Assembly (NCBI GenBank): GCA_035291665.1
Contig: DATDRP010000006.1
Coordinates: 145,255 to 209,254, forward strand
Reading direction: 5' to 3'
DNA from: Patescibacteria group bacterium
GTDB taxonomy: Bacteria; Patescibacteriota; Microgenomatia; UBA8517
Length of the DNA: 64,000 nt
Shown: positions 20,072 to 29,935 of the stretch, in pieces
How positions within the stretch are numbered: the stretch's first letter is position 1
Layout of the letters: each line of letters opens with the position of its first letter
Position numbers and translations under genes: made by a program
Notes under the pieces: generated by a model
Told to the model about the DNA's origin: nothing
Seen by the model: the letters and a program-made list of their open reading frames with translations, nothing else
Databases searched by the model: none

Positions 20072-20186
20072 TATCTAAATTTAACATTTTTTCAAGCTTA
20101 AGAATACCTTCATGAAGATTTGCAATAATTTAATGTTGCACCCCAAGTTGAACTATTCTGGCTATGGCTTATAATGCCTTAGATAC

Positions 20187-21839
20187 ATGATTAACAAAGG
20201 ATCAGTCCCCTTGAGTGAGAAAGAAGATTTCCAAATCTCGGATGAAACGGAAAGGTTGATTAATTCGTACAAGGAAGAATGGTTATATATTGATCGAACC
20301 AAATCTGAGGCAAAATTCCATGTCAGTCAGATCCTAAGCCCCTTAGCATTTTTTTATGAACGGATAAGGAATGCTCTGGACTACAAAGGCGACCATTTGA
20401 TGAGGCGGAATGCAATCGAAAGGATCCTCCGACGTCAGATATGGGAAAAAAGGACGGGTAATCCTTCCGTTTTGTCCGAAACACTTCTGAAAGAACTTAT
20501 TTGGGCACGATATGAAAAAAATGATTATGTTCCGAAAAAAAAGATTCAGATTCTTGAGGTTGTTGTAAGAAAATATTTAAAAATATTTCAACGATTGGAA
20601 ACCGTGAAGAGCGAGAAAGGACTGCAGGAATGTAAGGATTGGTTTATGGGAGTATTTTCTTCGGAAGTAGAAGAGCTATTGGAACCGTCAATATTCTTAA
20701 AAGAATCATTGAACTATGAAGTATTTTCTTGGTTTAAGGAAAATTATGATTGGCAAGAGCACAATCTTTCTGATAAAGACCGGGATATTCAAATTTTCAT
20801 AGCAATACACAGAAGTCTGACCAAATCGGATAAGGCCGGTGTGAGATACCGTCTATTAAAGGTTTACTATCCAAATTGGGATGAAATTGACGATATCGAA
20901 ATCATGAAGTCGTTTGCATCTCTCATTAACCTGATTGACGAAATTGAAGAAAAGCTCAATTCCTTGTACCAACCGAGGCTTTTCCGTTTCATACAAAGGC
21001 AACTACCGGCTTTTTTGATATTGAAAGAAATGATAGATGAAGATTTTGAAGAAGCTGAAAAGATTTTCCAGTCCCCGAAAAAACTCGAGAATAAAATCAC
21101 TGAGGTTTGTAATAAAAAATATTCACAAATAGGTACGAGGATCAGGACGGGAATTATCCGGAGTATTATCTATATTTTTATGACCAAAGCCCTTTTGGCT
21201 TTGATGATAGAAATCCCATATGAACTTTTTGTTACCAAGGATTTGAATTTTGCATCACTTTCGATAAATGTACTTTTCCCTCCGACCTTAATGTTTTTGG
21301 TGGGAATGACCATCAGAAAACCGGGTGATGAAAATACACAAAGAATTATCCAAATAATCAAGAGCTTTGTATATGAGCATAAAAAGACGGGAAGGTATGA
21401 GTTTTCTTTGGAACGTAAAAAATTGGGGGGATTAGTGAGTCAAATATTTTTGGTGCTTTATCTTCTTATGTTTTTGATTACATTCGGCGGAATCGGGTTA
21501 ATTCTATTGGATTTGGGCTTCAATCTTTTAAGCGCGGGAATGTTTTTTATTTTTTTATCATTGGTGCTTCTTTTTGTTTACAGGGTCCGGTACACAGCAA
21601 CAGAATTAAATGTTCAGGGTGAACGGGAAGGTTTTTTGAGTCACCTTTTTTCCAATTTTACGATACCGCTTTTGAATCTCGGACAGGTAATTTCAAACGG
21701 GTTCAGGAAACTGAACTTTATTTTATTATTTATGGATTTTCTGATTGAAGTTCCGCTTAAAAGCATTATCGCAATTTTTGAAGAATGGAGCATGTTCATG
21801 AGGGAAAAAAGGGAAGAAGTTATTGAAATTCCGAATTAG
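20187..21839 (+). CDS. Hypothetical protein: large soluble N-terminal domain plus about 4 C-terminal TM segments
   Basis: 550-aa ORF with no recognisable catalytic motif. Confidence 0.45.
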   Translation: MINKGSVPLSEKEDFQISDETERLINSYKEEWLYIDRTKSEAKFHVSQILSPLAFFYERIRNALDYKGDHLMRRNAIERILRRQIWEKRTGNPSVLSETLLKELIWARYEKNDYVPKKKIQILEVVVRKYLKIFQRLETVKSEKGLQECKDWFMGVFSSEVEELLEPSIFLKESLNYEVFSWFKENYDWQEHNLSDKDRDIQIFIAIHRSLTKSDKAGVRYRLLKVYYPNWDEIDDIEIMKSFASLINLIDEIEEKLNSLYQPRLFRFIQRQLPAFLILKEMIDEDFEEAEKIFQSPKKLENKITEVCNKKYSQIGTRIRTGIIRSIIYIFMTKALLALMIEIPYELFVTKDLNFASLSINVLFPPTLMFLVGMTIRKPGDENTQRIIQIIKSFVYEHKKTGRYEFSLERKKLGGLVSQIFLVLYLLMFLITFGGIGLILLDLGFNLLSAGMFFIFLSLVLLFVYRVRYTATELNVQGEREGFLSHLFSNFTIPLLNLGQVISNGFRKLNFILLFMDFLIEVPLKSIIAIFEEWSMFMREKREEVIEIPN

Positions 21840-22712
21840 CTATTTTCCATAGTCAAAATAACCGTCCTTGAATCCCTCTATTATTTCTCTTATTAGCTCG
21901 CCTGCTTTTTTGGCTGCAGCCCTCGGTAGGTCGCCTGCGCCCGAGAAAATAGAATCCTTAGGGCAAGCAGTTAAAGAATCATCTTCATCAAGCTTATGCG
22001 ATTCACTGGTTAGAACCGGAATTGTTCCTGCGGATTGTTCAACGAAAACTCTTGTGTTAATAGTTTCGAATCTTTTGTTGATTTCCCAGATGCCGCTAAT
22101 TGCGGGACTTTTATCAGATCCTAATGGACTACCGAGAAGGTCATTTTTTTCCAAATCAGTCAGTTCACAGTTAAAATTCTCAATTAGTCCCAAACCTTTG
22201 GTACCGGTAGGTGTATTTACGCCAAATACTGCGTAAATCGCATCTCCCGTAAACGGGCGGGGGATTTTGACAACATATGTTATGAGTACGTCATTAAGTG
22301 TGATCTGCTCACCGCCGGAGTTTTCTCTGACATCTTTTAGAATTTTATCATCGGGATTCGGCGTTGGAGTTAAAGTGTCAAGGGGAATTGCAGTGGTAGG
22401 TCTTGTCGTTGGTGATTCAACTGTAAATTTTGCAGGAGTTAAGGTTGGTGTAGGTAGAATAACTATTGTCGGTACTTCTTTTTTGGTTTGCAATTCAGAA
22501 ACCTGAGTTTGGAGGGCATTTTGGGTAGCCTGAAGTTTTTGATATTCTTTTAGTAAATCTTTGGGCACTGAAGTTTCCTGAATTTTATTTCCACTTTCTT
22601 CCGCTTCATCCTGGGTAGATGAATTTACCGGTCTGCATGCGGAAACAAACATCGATGCGATAGTTATATACGAACCGGTTCTGATTAACCAATTGGGGTT
22701 ATCTTTCCTCAT
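21840..22712 (-). CDS. Secreted/lipoprotein-like hypothetical protein with coiled coil and Pro/Thr linker
   Basis: Signal-like N-terminus with Cys (SMFVSAC), coiled-coil heptads, linker ILPTPTLTPAK...TLTPTPNPDD. Confidence 0.45.
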   Translation of the reverse strand: MRKDNPNWLIRTGSYITIASMFVSACRPVNSSTQDEAEESGNKIQETSVPKDLLKEYQKLQATQNALQTQVSELQTKKEVPTIVILPTPTLTPAKFTVESPTTRPTTAIPLDTLTPTPNPDDKILKDVRENSGGEQITLNDVLITYVVKIPRPFTGDAIYAVFGVNTPTGTKGLGLIENFNCELTDLEKNDLLGSPLGSDKSPAISGIWEINKRFETINTRVFVEQSAGTIPVLTSESHKLDEDDSLTACPKDSIFSGAGDLPRAAAKKAGELIREIIEGFKDGYFDYGK

Positions 22713-22740
22713 GTTGTATTATACCAAGGAAAGTAAATAT

Positions 22741-23334
22741 CTAGCCAAGAAGTTCGGCTATTTTATTCCAATCAACCACGTTCCACCAGGCTTCGATGTA
22801 CTCGGCTCTGCGGTTTTGATATCGAAGATAATAAGCATGTTCCCAGAGATCCAGTCCCAAAAGCACAGTATAAGCTTTACTTACCGGTGAATCCTGATTT
22901 TGTGTTGTTGTTATTTCAAGCGTATTGTTTTTTTGTACAAGCCATGTCCAACCACTGCCAAAAAGGGTTGTTGCCTTGTCCGAAAATATATTTTTAAAAT
23001 TATCGATGCTTCCAAAACCTGTTGAAATAGCTTTTTTGACTTTGTCATCAGGTTCATTTTTCTCAGGCGTCATCATTTGCCAAAAAAGACTGTGATTGAG
23101 ATGGCCGCCGCCGAAATTTATTACTTTCGATCTTATTTCGGAAGGAAGATCTTCAGGGTTTTTCAGAAGCTCCTCGATAGGCTTTTCTTTTAGATTTTCA
23201 AAATCCTTCAACACATCATTAAGCTTGTCCACGTATCCCTGATGGTGTTTGGTATGATGGATTTTCATCGTTTCCTGGTCGATGTAGGGTTCCAGGTCGT
23301 TATATTCGTATGGAAGCGTCGGAAGTTTATACAT
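22741..23334 (-). CDS. sodA: Fe/Mn superoxide dismutase
   Basis: LPYEYNDLEPYIDQETMKIHHTKHHQGYV N-terminal signature; metal ligands in DLWEHAYYL. Confidence 0.9.
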   Translation of the reverse strand: MYKLPTLPYEYNDLEPYIDQETMKIHHTKHHQGYVDKLNDVLKDFENLKEKPIEELLKNPEDLPSEIRSKVINFGGGHLNHSLFWQMMTPEKNEPDDKVKKAISTGFGSIDNFKNIFSDKATTLFGSGWTWLVQKNNTLEITTTQNQDSPVSKAYTVLLGLDLWEHAYYLRYQNRRAEYIEAWWNVVDWNKIAELLG

Positions 23335-23867
23335 GTAGAAAGGTTATCTTCATGAATATCATTTGTCAAGGCTGTTTTACCTCTTGCAATGCGGAAAAAC
23401 GTCTGATAAGATTCAATCCTTCATCGAATAGTTCCATTAATTTTTCTGCCTGAGCGTTGTTTTAATTTATGAATTTAAAAGCCGAGGAAGCATTTTATGT
23501 GGTAGCATTTTTCTCATTTTTAGCCTTCTTTCTGGTGCTTACAGGCATTGTTGGGTTTCTTATTTAAAAATCCAAAAATCACCAGTTGAGGTAGATCATT
23601 ATACTCCCCGCAATCCAAATCACGACGCCAATTGAAGCTAAGGCTTTGTTGAAAAACGAAAGGATTAAAAGGGCGAAAAAGATTATCACGTGAGGTCCGT
23701 ACTTCCGCAGATTTCTGTTGACGTTGTAATTATTGAACAGGTTCTCCAAGTTCATGGTTTAATAATATCATGTCTAAAAGATTAGGTGTTATATTCCATT
23801 ATTACAACAACAACAATGGTTACATTGAAGGTTGTTGGCCTTGGTTGACTATGTAATAATACAAAAT

Positions 23868-24119
23868 ATGTCGGACACAAAAATACTACAAGCGATATTG
23901 GATAGTCAAAAGGCAATAAAAGAAGAGCTTAAGGGTGATATTGGTAAGGTTGGAAAAGACATTTTACGTGTTGAGAAAAAGGTTGACCGGAATGGAGAAA
24001 GGATAGATAAACTTGGTTTGCAACTTGCACGACTGGAGGATGATGCTCCAACAGTAGAGGAATTTGATAATTTGGATAAGAGAATGGGGAAATTGGAAAA
24101 GACAGTTGCTTCAATTTAA
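23868..24119 (+). CDS. Small coiled-coil hypothetical protein (83 aa)
   Basis: Heptad-rich, charged ORF starting MSDTKILQAIL; no motif. Confidence 0.3.
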   Translation: MSDTKILQAILDSQKAIKEELKGDIGKVGKDILRVEKKVDRNGERIDKLGLQLARLEDDAPTVEEFDNLDKRMGKLEKTVASI

Positions 24120-24229
24120 CTTTTGATAAATTAGGTGAATTTAGGAGTTATCTTTTGAGTTAAGATGCGTAAATCAAAAAAGGTAATTAATCCCTGCATA
24201 CTATATGTCATCTACTATATACTAAATTA

Positions 24230-25762
24230 ATGTTGGCAAAAATTTCTTCCGGGGCAACGGTGGGACTTAATGCAACACTCATTGATGTTGAAGTAGATAT
24301 TGCAAATGGCTTACCGACTTTTACTATAGTTGGGCTTCCTGATAAGGCAGTAGAGGAAAGCCGCGAACGTGTCCGCTCCGCTCTGAAAAATTCCGGCGCA
24401 GACTTTCCGATGAGCAGGATCACAGTCAATCTGGCACCTGCCGATCTTCCGAAAGCCGGTCCTGCATATGACCTTCCGATTGCTTTAGGGATATTGATTG
24501 CGTCTGAGCAAATAAGACCGGATGTCAAGAAATATTTATTTTATGGTGAGCTTTCATTGGACGGCAACCTCCGCCATACAAACGGAATATTACCTTTGGC
24601 GTATTTGGCCAAAGAGAAGAAGTTTGACGGCGTTTTTATACCCAGAATTAATGATCAGGAAGCCTCTGTAGTGAGAGGAATAAAAGTTTATCCCGTAGAA
24701 TCTCTTCTTGAGCTGGTAAGATTTTTCAGCGGAACTGTAAAAATTATACCTTCCAAGCAAATTTCATTATCGAGTCTTCTGAAAACAGTTGAAGCAGAAT
24801 TCGATTTTTCAGAAATTATAGGTCAGGAACAAGCCAAACGGGCAATGGAAATTGCCGCGGCAGGGAACCACAACATCTTTATGAAAGGTTCGCCCGGTTC
24901 CGGAAAAACCATGCTATCCCGGGCGCTTCCGGGAATTTTGCCGGTTCTAACTGAAGACGAAGCCCTGGAAGTAACAAAAATTTATTCGATAACGGGGAAT
25001 CTTCCTCCCGGACAGGCGATCGTTACAACCCGGCCATTCCGTAGCCCTCATCACACCACCAGCAGGATAGGGCTAATTGGAGGAGGAACAAATCCGTCAC
25101 CCGGCGAGGTTTCGCTCGCACATCGAGGAGTTTTATTTTTGGATGAGTTTCCCGAATTCCCAAGGAATGTTTTGGAATCCCTGCGTCAGCCGATGGAGGA
25201 TGGGATTGTGACAATCTCGCGGGCAAAAGGAACAGTTTCATATCCGGCGAAATTTTTACTGGTTGCAGCATCAAATCCATGTCCTTGCGGCTATTTTGGC
25301 GATGCCAAAAGACGCTGTAAATGTCTTCCTGGAACGATTTCCCGATATCAAAAAAGAGTTTCAGGACCGATTCTCGACCGGATCGATATTCATGTTTCGG
25401 TTCCAAGCGTTGATACACAAAAACTTATTGACATCAAGAGTAACAGCAAGAGCAAGAGTTCAAAAGAAATACAAGAAAAAGTTCAGAAAGCAAGAGACAT
25501 TCAGATAAAAAGGTTTAGAGGAACGAGAATAAGATCAAATGCAGAGATGAGTACAAAAAATGTCAAAGAGTTGGCTCCCCTATCTCAAGAATGTCGTACA
25601 ATGATGATATCTGCAACTGCAACAATGGATTTGACCGCAAGATCGTATTTTAAAGTTGTGAAGATTACCCGGACGATCGCCGACTTGGAAGGTGCAACCG
25701 ACATTTCCACAACCCATTTGGCTGAAGCTCTTCAATACCGTCCGATGCAGGACGATTTTTAA
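24230..25762 (+). CDS. comM: YifB/ComM-family Mg-chelatase-like AAA+ ATPase
   Basis: N-terminal Lon-like/ChlI domain (GLPDKAVEESRERVRSAL), Walker A GSPGSGKTM, Walker B LFLDEF, zinc-ribbon CPCGYFGDAKRRCKC. Confidence 0.9.
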   Translation: MLAKISSGATVGLNATLIDVEVDIANGLPTFTIVGLPDKAVEESRERVRSALKNSGADFPMSRITVNLAPADLPKAGPAYDLPIALGILIASEQIRPDVKKYLFYGELSLDGNLRHTNGILPLAYLAKEKKFDGVFIPRINDQEASVVRGIKVYPVESLLELVRFFSGTVKIIPSKQISLSSLLKTVEAEFDFSEIIGQEQAKRAMEIAAAGNHNIFMKGSPGSGKTMLSRALPGILPVLTEDEALEVTKIYSITGNLPPGQAIVTTRPFRSPHHTTSRIGLIGGGTNPSPGEVSLAHRGVLFLDEFPEFPRNVLESLRQPMEDGIVTISRAKGTVSYPAKFLLVAASNPCPCGYFGDAKRRCKCLPGTISRYQKRVSGPILDRIDIHVSVPSVDTQKLIDIKSNSKSKSSKEIQEKVQKARDIQIKRFRGTRIRSNAEMSTKNVKELAPLSQECRTMMISATATMDLTARSYFKVVKITRTIADLEGATDISTTHLAEALQYRPMQDDF

Positions 25763-26219
25763 CAATAAATTCTGAGTTTACCGAAGGACAGTATCGTCCT
25801 AAAGAAAGTGATTTTTGGAAGCAGCGAAATAAAAATTAAGTGAAGTTTAACACTTTATTCCTCCCCGATCGGTAGATTTCCTCTTCCACCCCAAAAGCAA
25901 GAATTTGAAACACTCTCCCCTTTTCTGGGACAAAATGTTACAAACGTTCCGTCGGCTTTATTGAAATAGGACACTCTTAATAGTCCGCATACTCCGCAAT
26001 TTCCAAGAATTTTTAATATATTACCTCCGGGAATACTCATAATAATACCCAAGCCATCCGGATTTAATCCCAACCTTGAAAGAAATTCGGGATTGACTTC
26101 ACTTTTTGGCATATGTTGGGCGATTTTAACAAAATTTTAGAAATATTTCACCCATAGTTGTTGAATCATTTAGATGATAGTTTTTTCCAGTAAGGAAGAA
26201 CTTATGGGTAGAATACTAA

Positions 26220-26729
26220 TTAGACAAAGAATTTTATAAAGTCCTCGGTATACGGATATTCATGATCGGATCTCGGTTTGGAAATGATCTTAATACTTGA
26301 ATTTACTTTTTCGATAAGGTTTTTGACGTCGCCGAATTTTGCGTGATTATCATTTTCATTTTGAATAATTAGTACCCGACCGGATTGAATATCGGAAAGG
26401 ACATCAAAGCGTTTTTGATCTGCTTCCAAAAAGTCATTGAGAGGAATCCCGCAAAGTAAAATTTTACCGATTTTGTCGGGTTTGATTTTCAACATTTCCA
26501 TAGCCACCAAGGTTCCAACTGATTTTGCCAGAAGATCAATTTTTTCTTCACTTACCAGATCAAGAATTTTATTTGCCTGACTTTCAATCCACCCGGCTTC
26601 TGATTTACCTGTTTCCCAGTGCGGCCAATAGATAACTCTAGTCGGAACATGTGTTTCCAACTCAGCCTTGATTTGTTCCGCCCAATCTTTATTTTTCAAA
26701 GAGTAGGCCGGAAGAATAACTACGGGCAT
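26220..26729 (-). CDS. Alpha/beta-hydrolase-fold protein (YdeN/RBBP9-like serine hydrolase)
   Basis: 169 aa; nucleophile-elbow-like AKSVGT; overall order resembles small serine hydrolases; weak. Confidence 0.4.
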   Translation of the reverse strand: MPVVILPAYSLKNKDWAEQIKAELETHVPTRVIYWPHWETGKSEAGWIESQANKILDLVSEEKIDLLAKSVGTLVAMEMLKIKPDKIGKILLCGIPLNDFLEADQKRFDVLSDIQSGRVLIIQNENDNHAKFGDVKNLIEKVNSSIKIISKPRSDHEYPYTEDFIKFFV

Positions 26730-26858
26730 ATCAGAATCTTAACATAAAGTTATAATTTTTTAACTTTTAGGACACGAATTTTAGCCAATTATTTTAAGAT
26801 ATTAAATCCAAATAAAAAAGACTTGAAACAGGATATATTGGTTAACCTATAATCACTC

Positions 26859-27167
26859 ATGCCGGAAAGAAAAAGGTGCGGAGCGCAGATTCACCACCCC
26901 AATTGTGATGGCTGGGCAAACTCCATTGATCATTTTACCCCGAAGTGCATAGGACAGGCTTTCGGTTTGGAGAAAAAAGAAGTAGCGTCAGAGGAAAATC
27001 TGGTACCGATGAATAAGCTTTGCCACAGACTGAAAGATCAATCAACAACTCAGCGTTATCAATTACTAATGAAACAAAAGAGGGGAAGCAGTATTTCCCT
27101 TGATGATTATAGAAATATGAGAAATAGGTATGATCTTGTTTTTGTAACCGAAGGCTCCAGTGACTAA
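26859..27167 (+). CDS. Small HNH-type endonuclease-domain protein
   Basis: CGAQIHHPNCDGWANSIDHF...NLVPMNKLCHRLKD gives His/Asn/His with flanking Cys residues. Confidence 0.5.
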   Translation: MPERKRCGAQIHHPNCDGWANSIDHFTPKCIGQAFGLEKKEVASEENLVPMNKLCHRLKDQSTTQRYQLLMKQKRGSSISLDDYRNMRNRYDLVFVTEGSSD

Positions 27168-27196
27168 GTGGCTAATACTTTTGCTACAATATTCTC

Positions 27197-27640
27197 ATGC
27201 GAATTGTTGTTCAAAGAGTAAAAAGTTGCAAAGTTTCTGTATCCGAAAAAACTGTCGGGGAAATTGGAAATGGTTTTTTGGTCTTATTGGGGATCAAAAG
27301 GGGTGATTCGGAAAAAGATGTTGAAGAATTGGTTGATAAGCTTTACAAGCTTCGTATAATGTCAGACCAAGAGGATAAAATGAATCTGACAGTTACGGAA
27401 GCTGGAGCCTCGATTTTGGTAGTTTCTCAATTTACTCTTTACGCCAATACGAAAAAAGGAAACAGGCCAAGTTTTATTCAAGCCGAAGATTCAGGAAAAG
27501 CTGAAGTGCTGTATAAAAAATTTGTATCTATTTTGAAAGAAAAGAACGTCCCCGTTCAAACGGGAGAATTCGGTTCATATATGAAAATTGATGCACAACT
27601 TGATGGTCCTGTGACTATAATATTAGAAAGTGGAAAATAA
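27197..27640 (+). CDS. dtd: D-aminoacyl-tRNA deacylase
   Basis: MRIVVQRV N-terminus, SQFTLYAN motif, C-terminal GPVTIILES; 147 aa. Confidence 0.85.
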   Translation: MRIVVQRVKSCKVSVSEKTVGEIGNGFLVLLGIKRGDSEKDVEELVDKLYKLRIMSDQEDKMNLTVTEAGASILVVSQFTLYANTKKGNRPSFIQAEDSGKAEVLYKKFVSILKEKNVPVQTGEFGSYMKIDAQLDGPVTIILESGK

Positions 27641-28322
27641 CATACCTATTACAAATACTCAGGCGGGAAGCGAAAAAGTAAGCCGGGGAAAATTTTGGCT
27701 TTCAGTTGTTAATATTATCTTTAAAGTCTTTTTCCTCTCATCTTCTTTAGTACTATCAGTACTTGTTCTTATTGGAACATTTCACCTTGGGTATCTCAAT
27801 GGATTTGCATCGGGAGAGAAAGCGACCGAAGAATATTTTGTAAAACTTATCGAAGCGGATGGCGGAGAAAGCAGTTTTGTTGTAACTCAAAATCAGGAAA
27901 GCAATCAAAAGTCCATCAACAAACTGGATTTAACATACGGACAAAATGTTACCTGGGGAGGGCCAGAACTTTGGGATTCCGTGAATGCAAAAAGAGTTGA
28001 ATACGGAGTTAACCCTCTTGGTAAGCGTGATGATCTATGCACGATAGCATCAATCCGTTTGAATGAACTTTTGGAGCTTCAAAAATTGGATGGTCATGAG
28101 GGTTTTTCCACCATGACGGAAAAACGTCCAGATCTGAAATGGATTTTTGATAAGTATTCGACAATAGCCGAATTTCTGGCAGTAGGTGGAGAAACGCCCC
28201 AAAAAACCGTCGAGCTTTGGGATAATACGCTTGGGCATAAAAAGCTACTTAATGGTGGGGAATATGTATGGGGATGTATTTATTCCCAAAATACGTTCGC
28301 AGTTGCTATTGCAGCGTATTAA
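27630..28322 (+). CDS. Membrane-anchored CAP/SCP/PR-1-like domain protein
   Basis: N-terminal TM; C-terminal ELWDNTLGHKKLLNGGEYVWGCIY...NTFAV resembles the CAP-domain signature. Confidence 0.45.
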   Translation: MENNIPITNTQAGSEKVSRGKFWLSVVNIIFKVFFLSSSLVLSVLVLIGTFHLGYLNGFASGEKATEEYFVKLIEADGGESSFVVTQNQESNQKSINKLDLTYGQNVTWGGPELWDSVNAKRVEYGVNPLGKRDDLCTIASIRLNELLELQKLDGHEGFSTMTEKRPDLKWIFDKYSTIAEFLAVGGETPQKTVELWDNTLGHKKLLNGGEYVWGCIYSQNTFAVAIAAY

Positions 28323-28648
28323 CTTCATCAGCTTCAGTCCCCGGTAAGGTAACAGAAAATTGGCGAAATAAAAAAAGATATAACAAAAAGTATTATAGTA
28401 ACAACTGAAAATAATACTGCATTCCTGAACCTTTTTAGAATTATTTTTCTTTCGACCTTTTTTTTAGCAATTAACCTAAATAGAAAGTAGGTGCCGGAAA
28501 CTAAATTGGATAAAGACAGTAAAAGAAAAATAAATAAAACCAACTTGTAAATATAGCTGAAGTTAATTAGCTATTTAGTAAATTTGTTGAAACAAAAATA
28601 GATCGGATAAGGCGGGTCGATCATGATGTCATCTACCATAAAACTTGC

Positions 28649-29272
28649 TTAATTATACATATTTTTCAAAAACCCTTTCAGTTTCTTTTCTGTATTATAT
28701 TGTCTACCGATAGAGACAAATAGGCGGTTAATGTCGCTCCAGTATTTCTTCGGAAGAATTTTCATAAGTTCAAGCTCTGTTTTTTCCGGAGTTTTTGTCT
28801 TAACCCATCCCAAGAGATTGCTGATTTTGTGAACATGGGTGTCAACTGCGATTGCAGGAATTCCGAACGCCCGATTTAAAACCAAATTGGCGGTTTTTCT
28901 TCCAACTCCGGGAAGTTTCATCAGATCTTCTCTGGTTTGGGGGATTTCCGATTTGAAATCCCTGATAATTAATTCAGAGAGATCAGGAAGTTGGCGCGCT
29001 TTAGTTTTATAAAATCCCACTGGATATATTAGTTTTTGAATTTCCAATTGACCTAATTTACCTAATTTTTTAATGTCAGGCGCATTCGAAAATAATCTTT
29101 TTGAAGCGGTAAGTGTAACATCATCGTTGGTTCTGGAAGACAGTAGTGTTGAAATGAGAGTTTTGTATGGATTATTTCCGAAGGTTTCGAGAGGAACGAG
29201 CCGGTAGTTTCTTTTGAAGACTCTAAAAATTTTTTCGAAGTTATATGATTTCATCCTTCTTACAAAAGGCAA
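28649..29272 (-). CDS. nth: Endonuclease III-like HhH-GPD base-excision glycosylase lacking the [4Fe-4S] cysteine cluster
   Basis: HhH-GPD motif [36 protein letters not shown]; no cysteines in the C-terminal 60 aa. Confidence 0.75.
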   Translation of the reverse strand: [207 protein letters not shown]

Positions 29273-29329
29273 AACCCGTAAATTACGGGTCTGCCCTTTT
29301 TATAAATATTCAAAAATCTAAAGACTTTA

Positions 29330-29464
29330 TTAGCCTCCGATCTTGAACATGGTTGTGCCGCAAACTTCACACTTACCTTTCTTAGCTTTTTTACCATTTT
29401 TCATCGTTACGTCTTCAATATCTTTACCTTCTCTTTTTGCGCGGCACTTTACACAATACATCAT
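29330..29464 (-). CDS. Small zinc-ribbon protein (44 aa, two CxxC pairs) not in the ORF track
   Basis: Minus-strand ORF MMYCVKCRAKREGKDIEDVTMKNGKKAKKGKCEVCGTTMFKIGG preceded by a strong SD (GGAGGTGA) 6 nt upstream; it overlaps and invalidates the + strand ORF 29343-29576. Confidence 0.5.
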   Translation of the reverse strand: MMYCVKCRAKREGKDIEDVTMKNGKKAKKGKCEVCGTTMFKIGG

Positions 29465-29502
29465 TTCGCTCACCTCCTCTCGTAAGGGCAGATCAAAAAC
29501 TG

Positions 29503-29793
29503 TTAGTTACCCTTCCAGGCTAAGTATAGCATCATCTCAGCCACAAATATGGTTACTGCCAAGCCGAGACTTTTGAATAGGTCTTTTTTAATCGAAGCTA
29601 AGTTATACATTTTGCCCGTAAAGCTGGCTTTTTCAATTCTGACGGGAGAAACAATTTTTGATTTTTTATCTTCCTGAAATTGGCTCTTGACAGTTGAAGC
29701 TGATACGTATTTTTTCGTGCCTAAAAGCAGACTTTCCTGATATCTATTTTTTGCTTTAAACTTTTGTTTTCTGGTACGGCGTTTATGACTCAT
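29503..29793 (-). CDS. Hypothetical basic protein with C-terminal TM
   Basis: Lys/Arg-rich N-terminus, single C-terminal TM. Confidence 0.35.
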   Translation of the reverse strand: MSHKRRTRKQKFKAKNRYQESLLLGTKKYVSASTVKSQFQEDKKSKIVSPVRIEKASFTGKMYNLASIKKDLFKSLGLAVTIFVAEMMLYLAWKGN

Positions 29794-29935
29794 TTGTAAA
29801 TTATTAAGGTATTTGTTATATGAATAAATAACACAACTTATTTAATTCTGCAACAGTAAATGCCTGAATACATTATATAATTGGATAGCAAACATTAAGA
29901 AAGTAAAGTTAGCGATATATATTTAGTTATAGAAA

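Noticed and set aside
21868-22506. Two + strand ORFs (122 and 79 aa) inside the minus-strand lipoprotein gene, and the + strand ORF 22693-22890 inside sodA
   Set aside because: They are antisense to longer, motif-bearing genes and arise from Pro/Thr/Gly-rich antisense frames
29343-29576. 77-aa + strand ORF
   Set aside because: It overlaps a better-supported minus-strand zinc-ribbon gene with a strong SD; it has no RBS and its composition is non-coding-like
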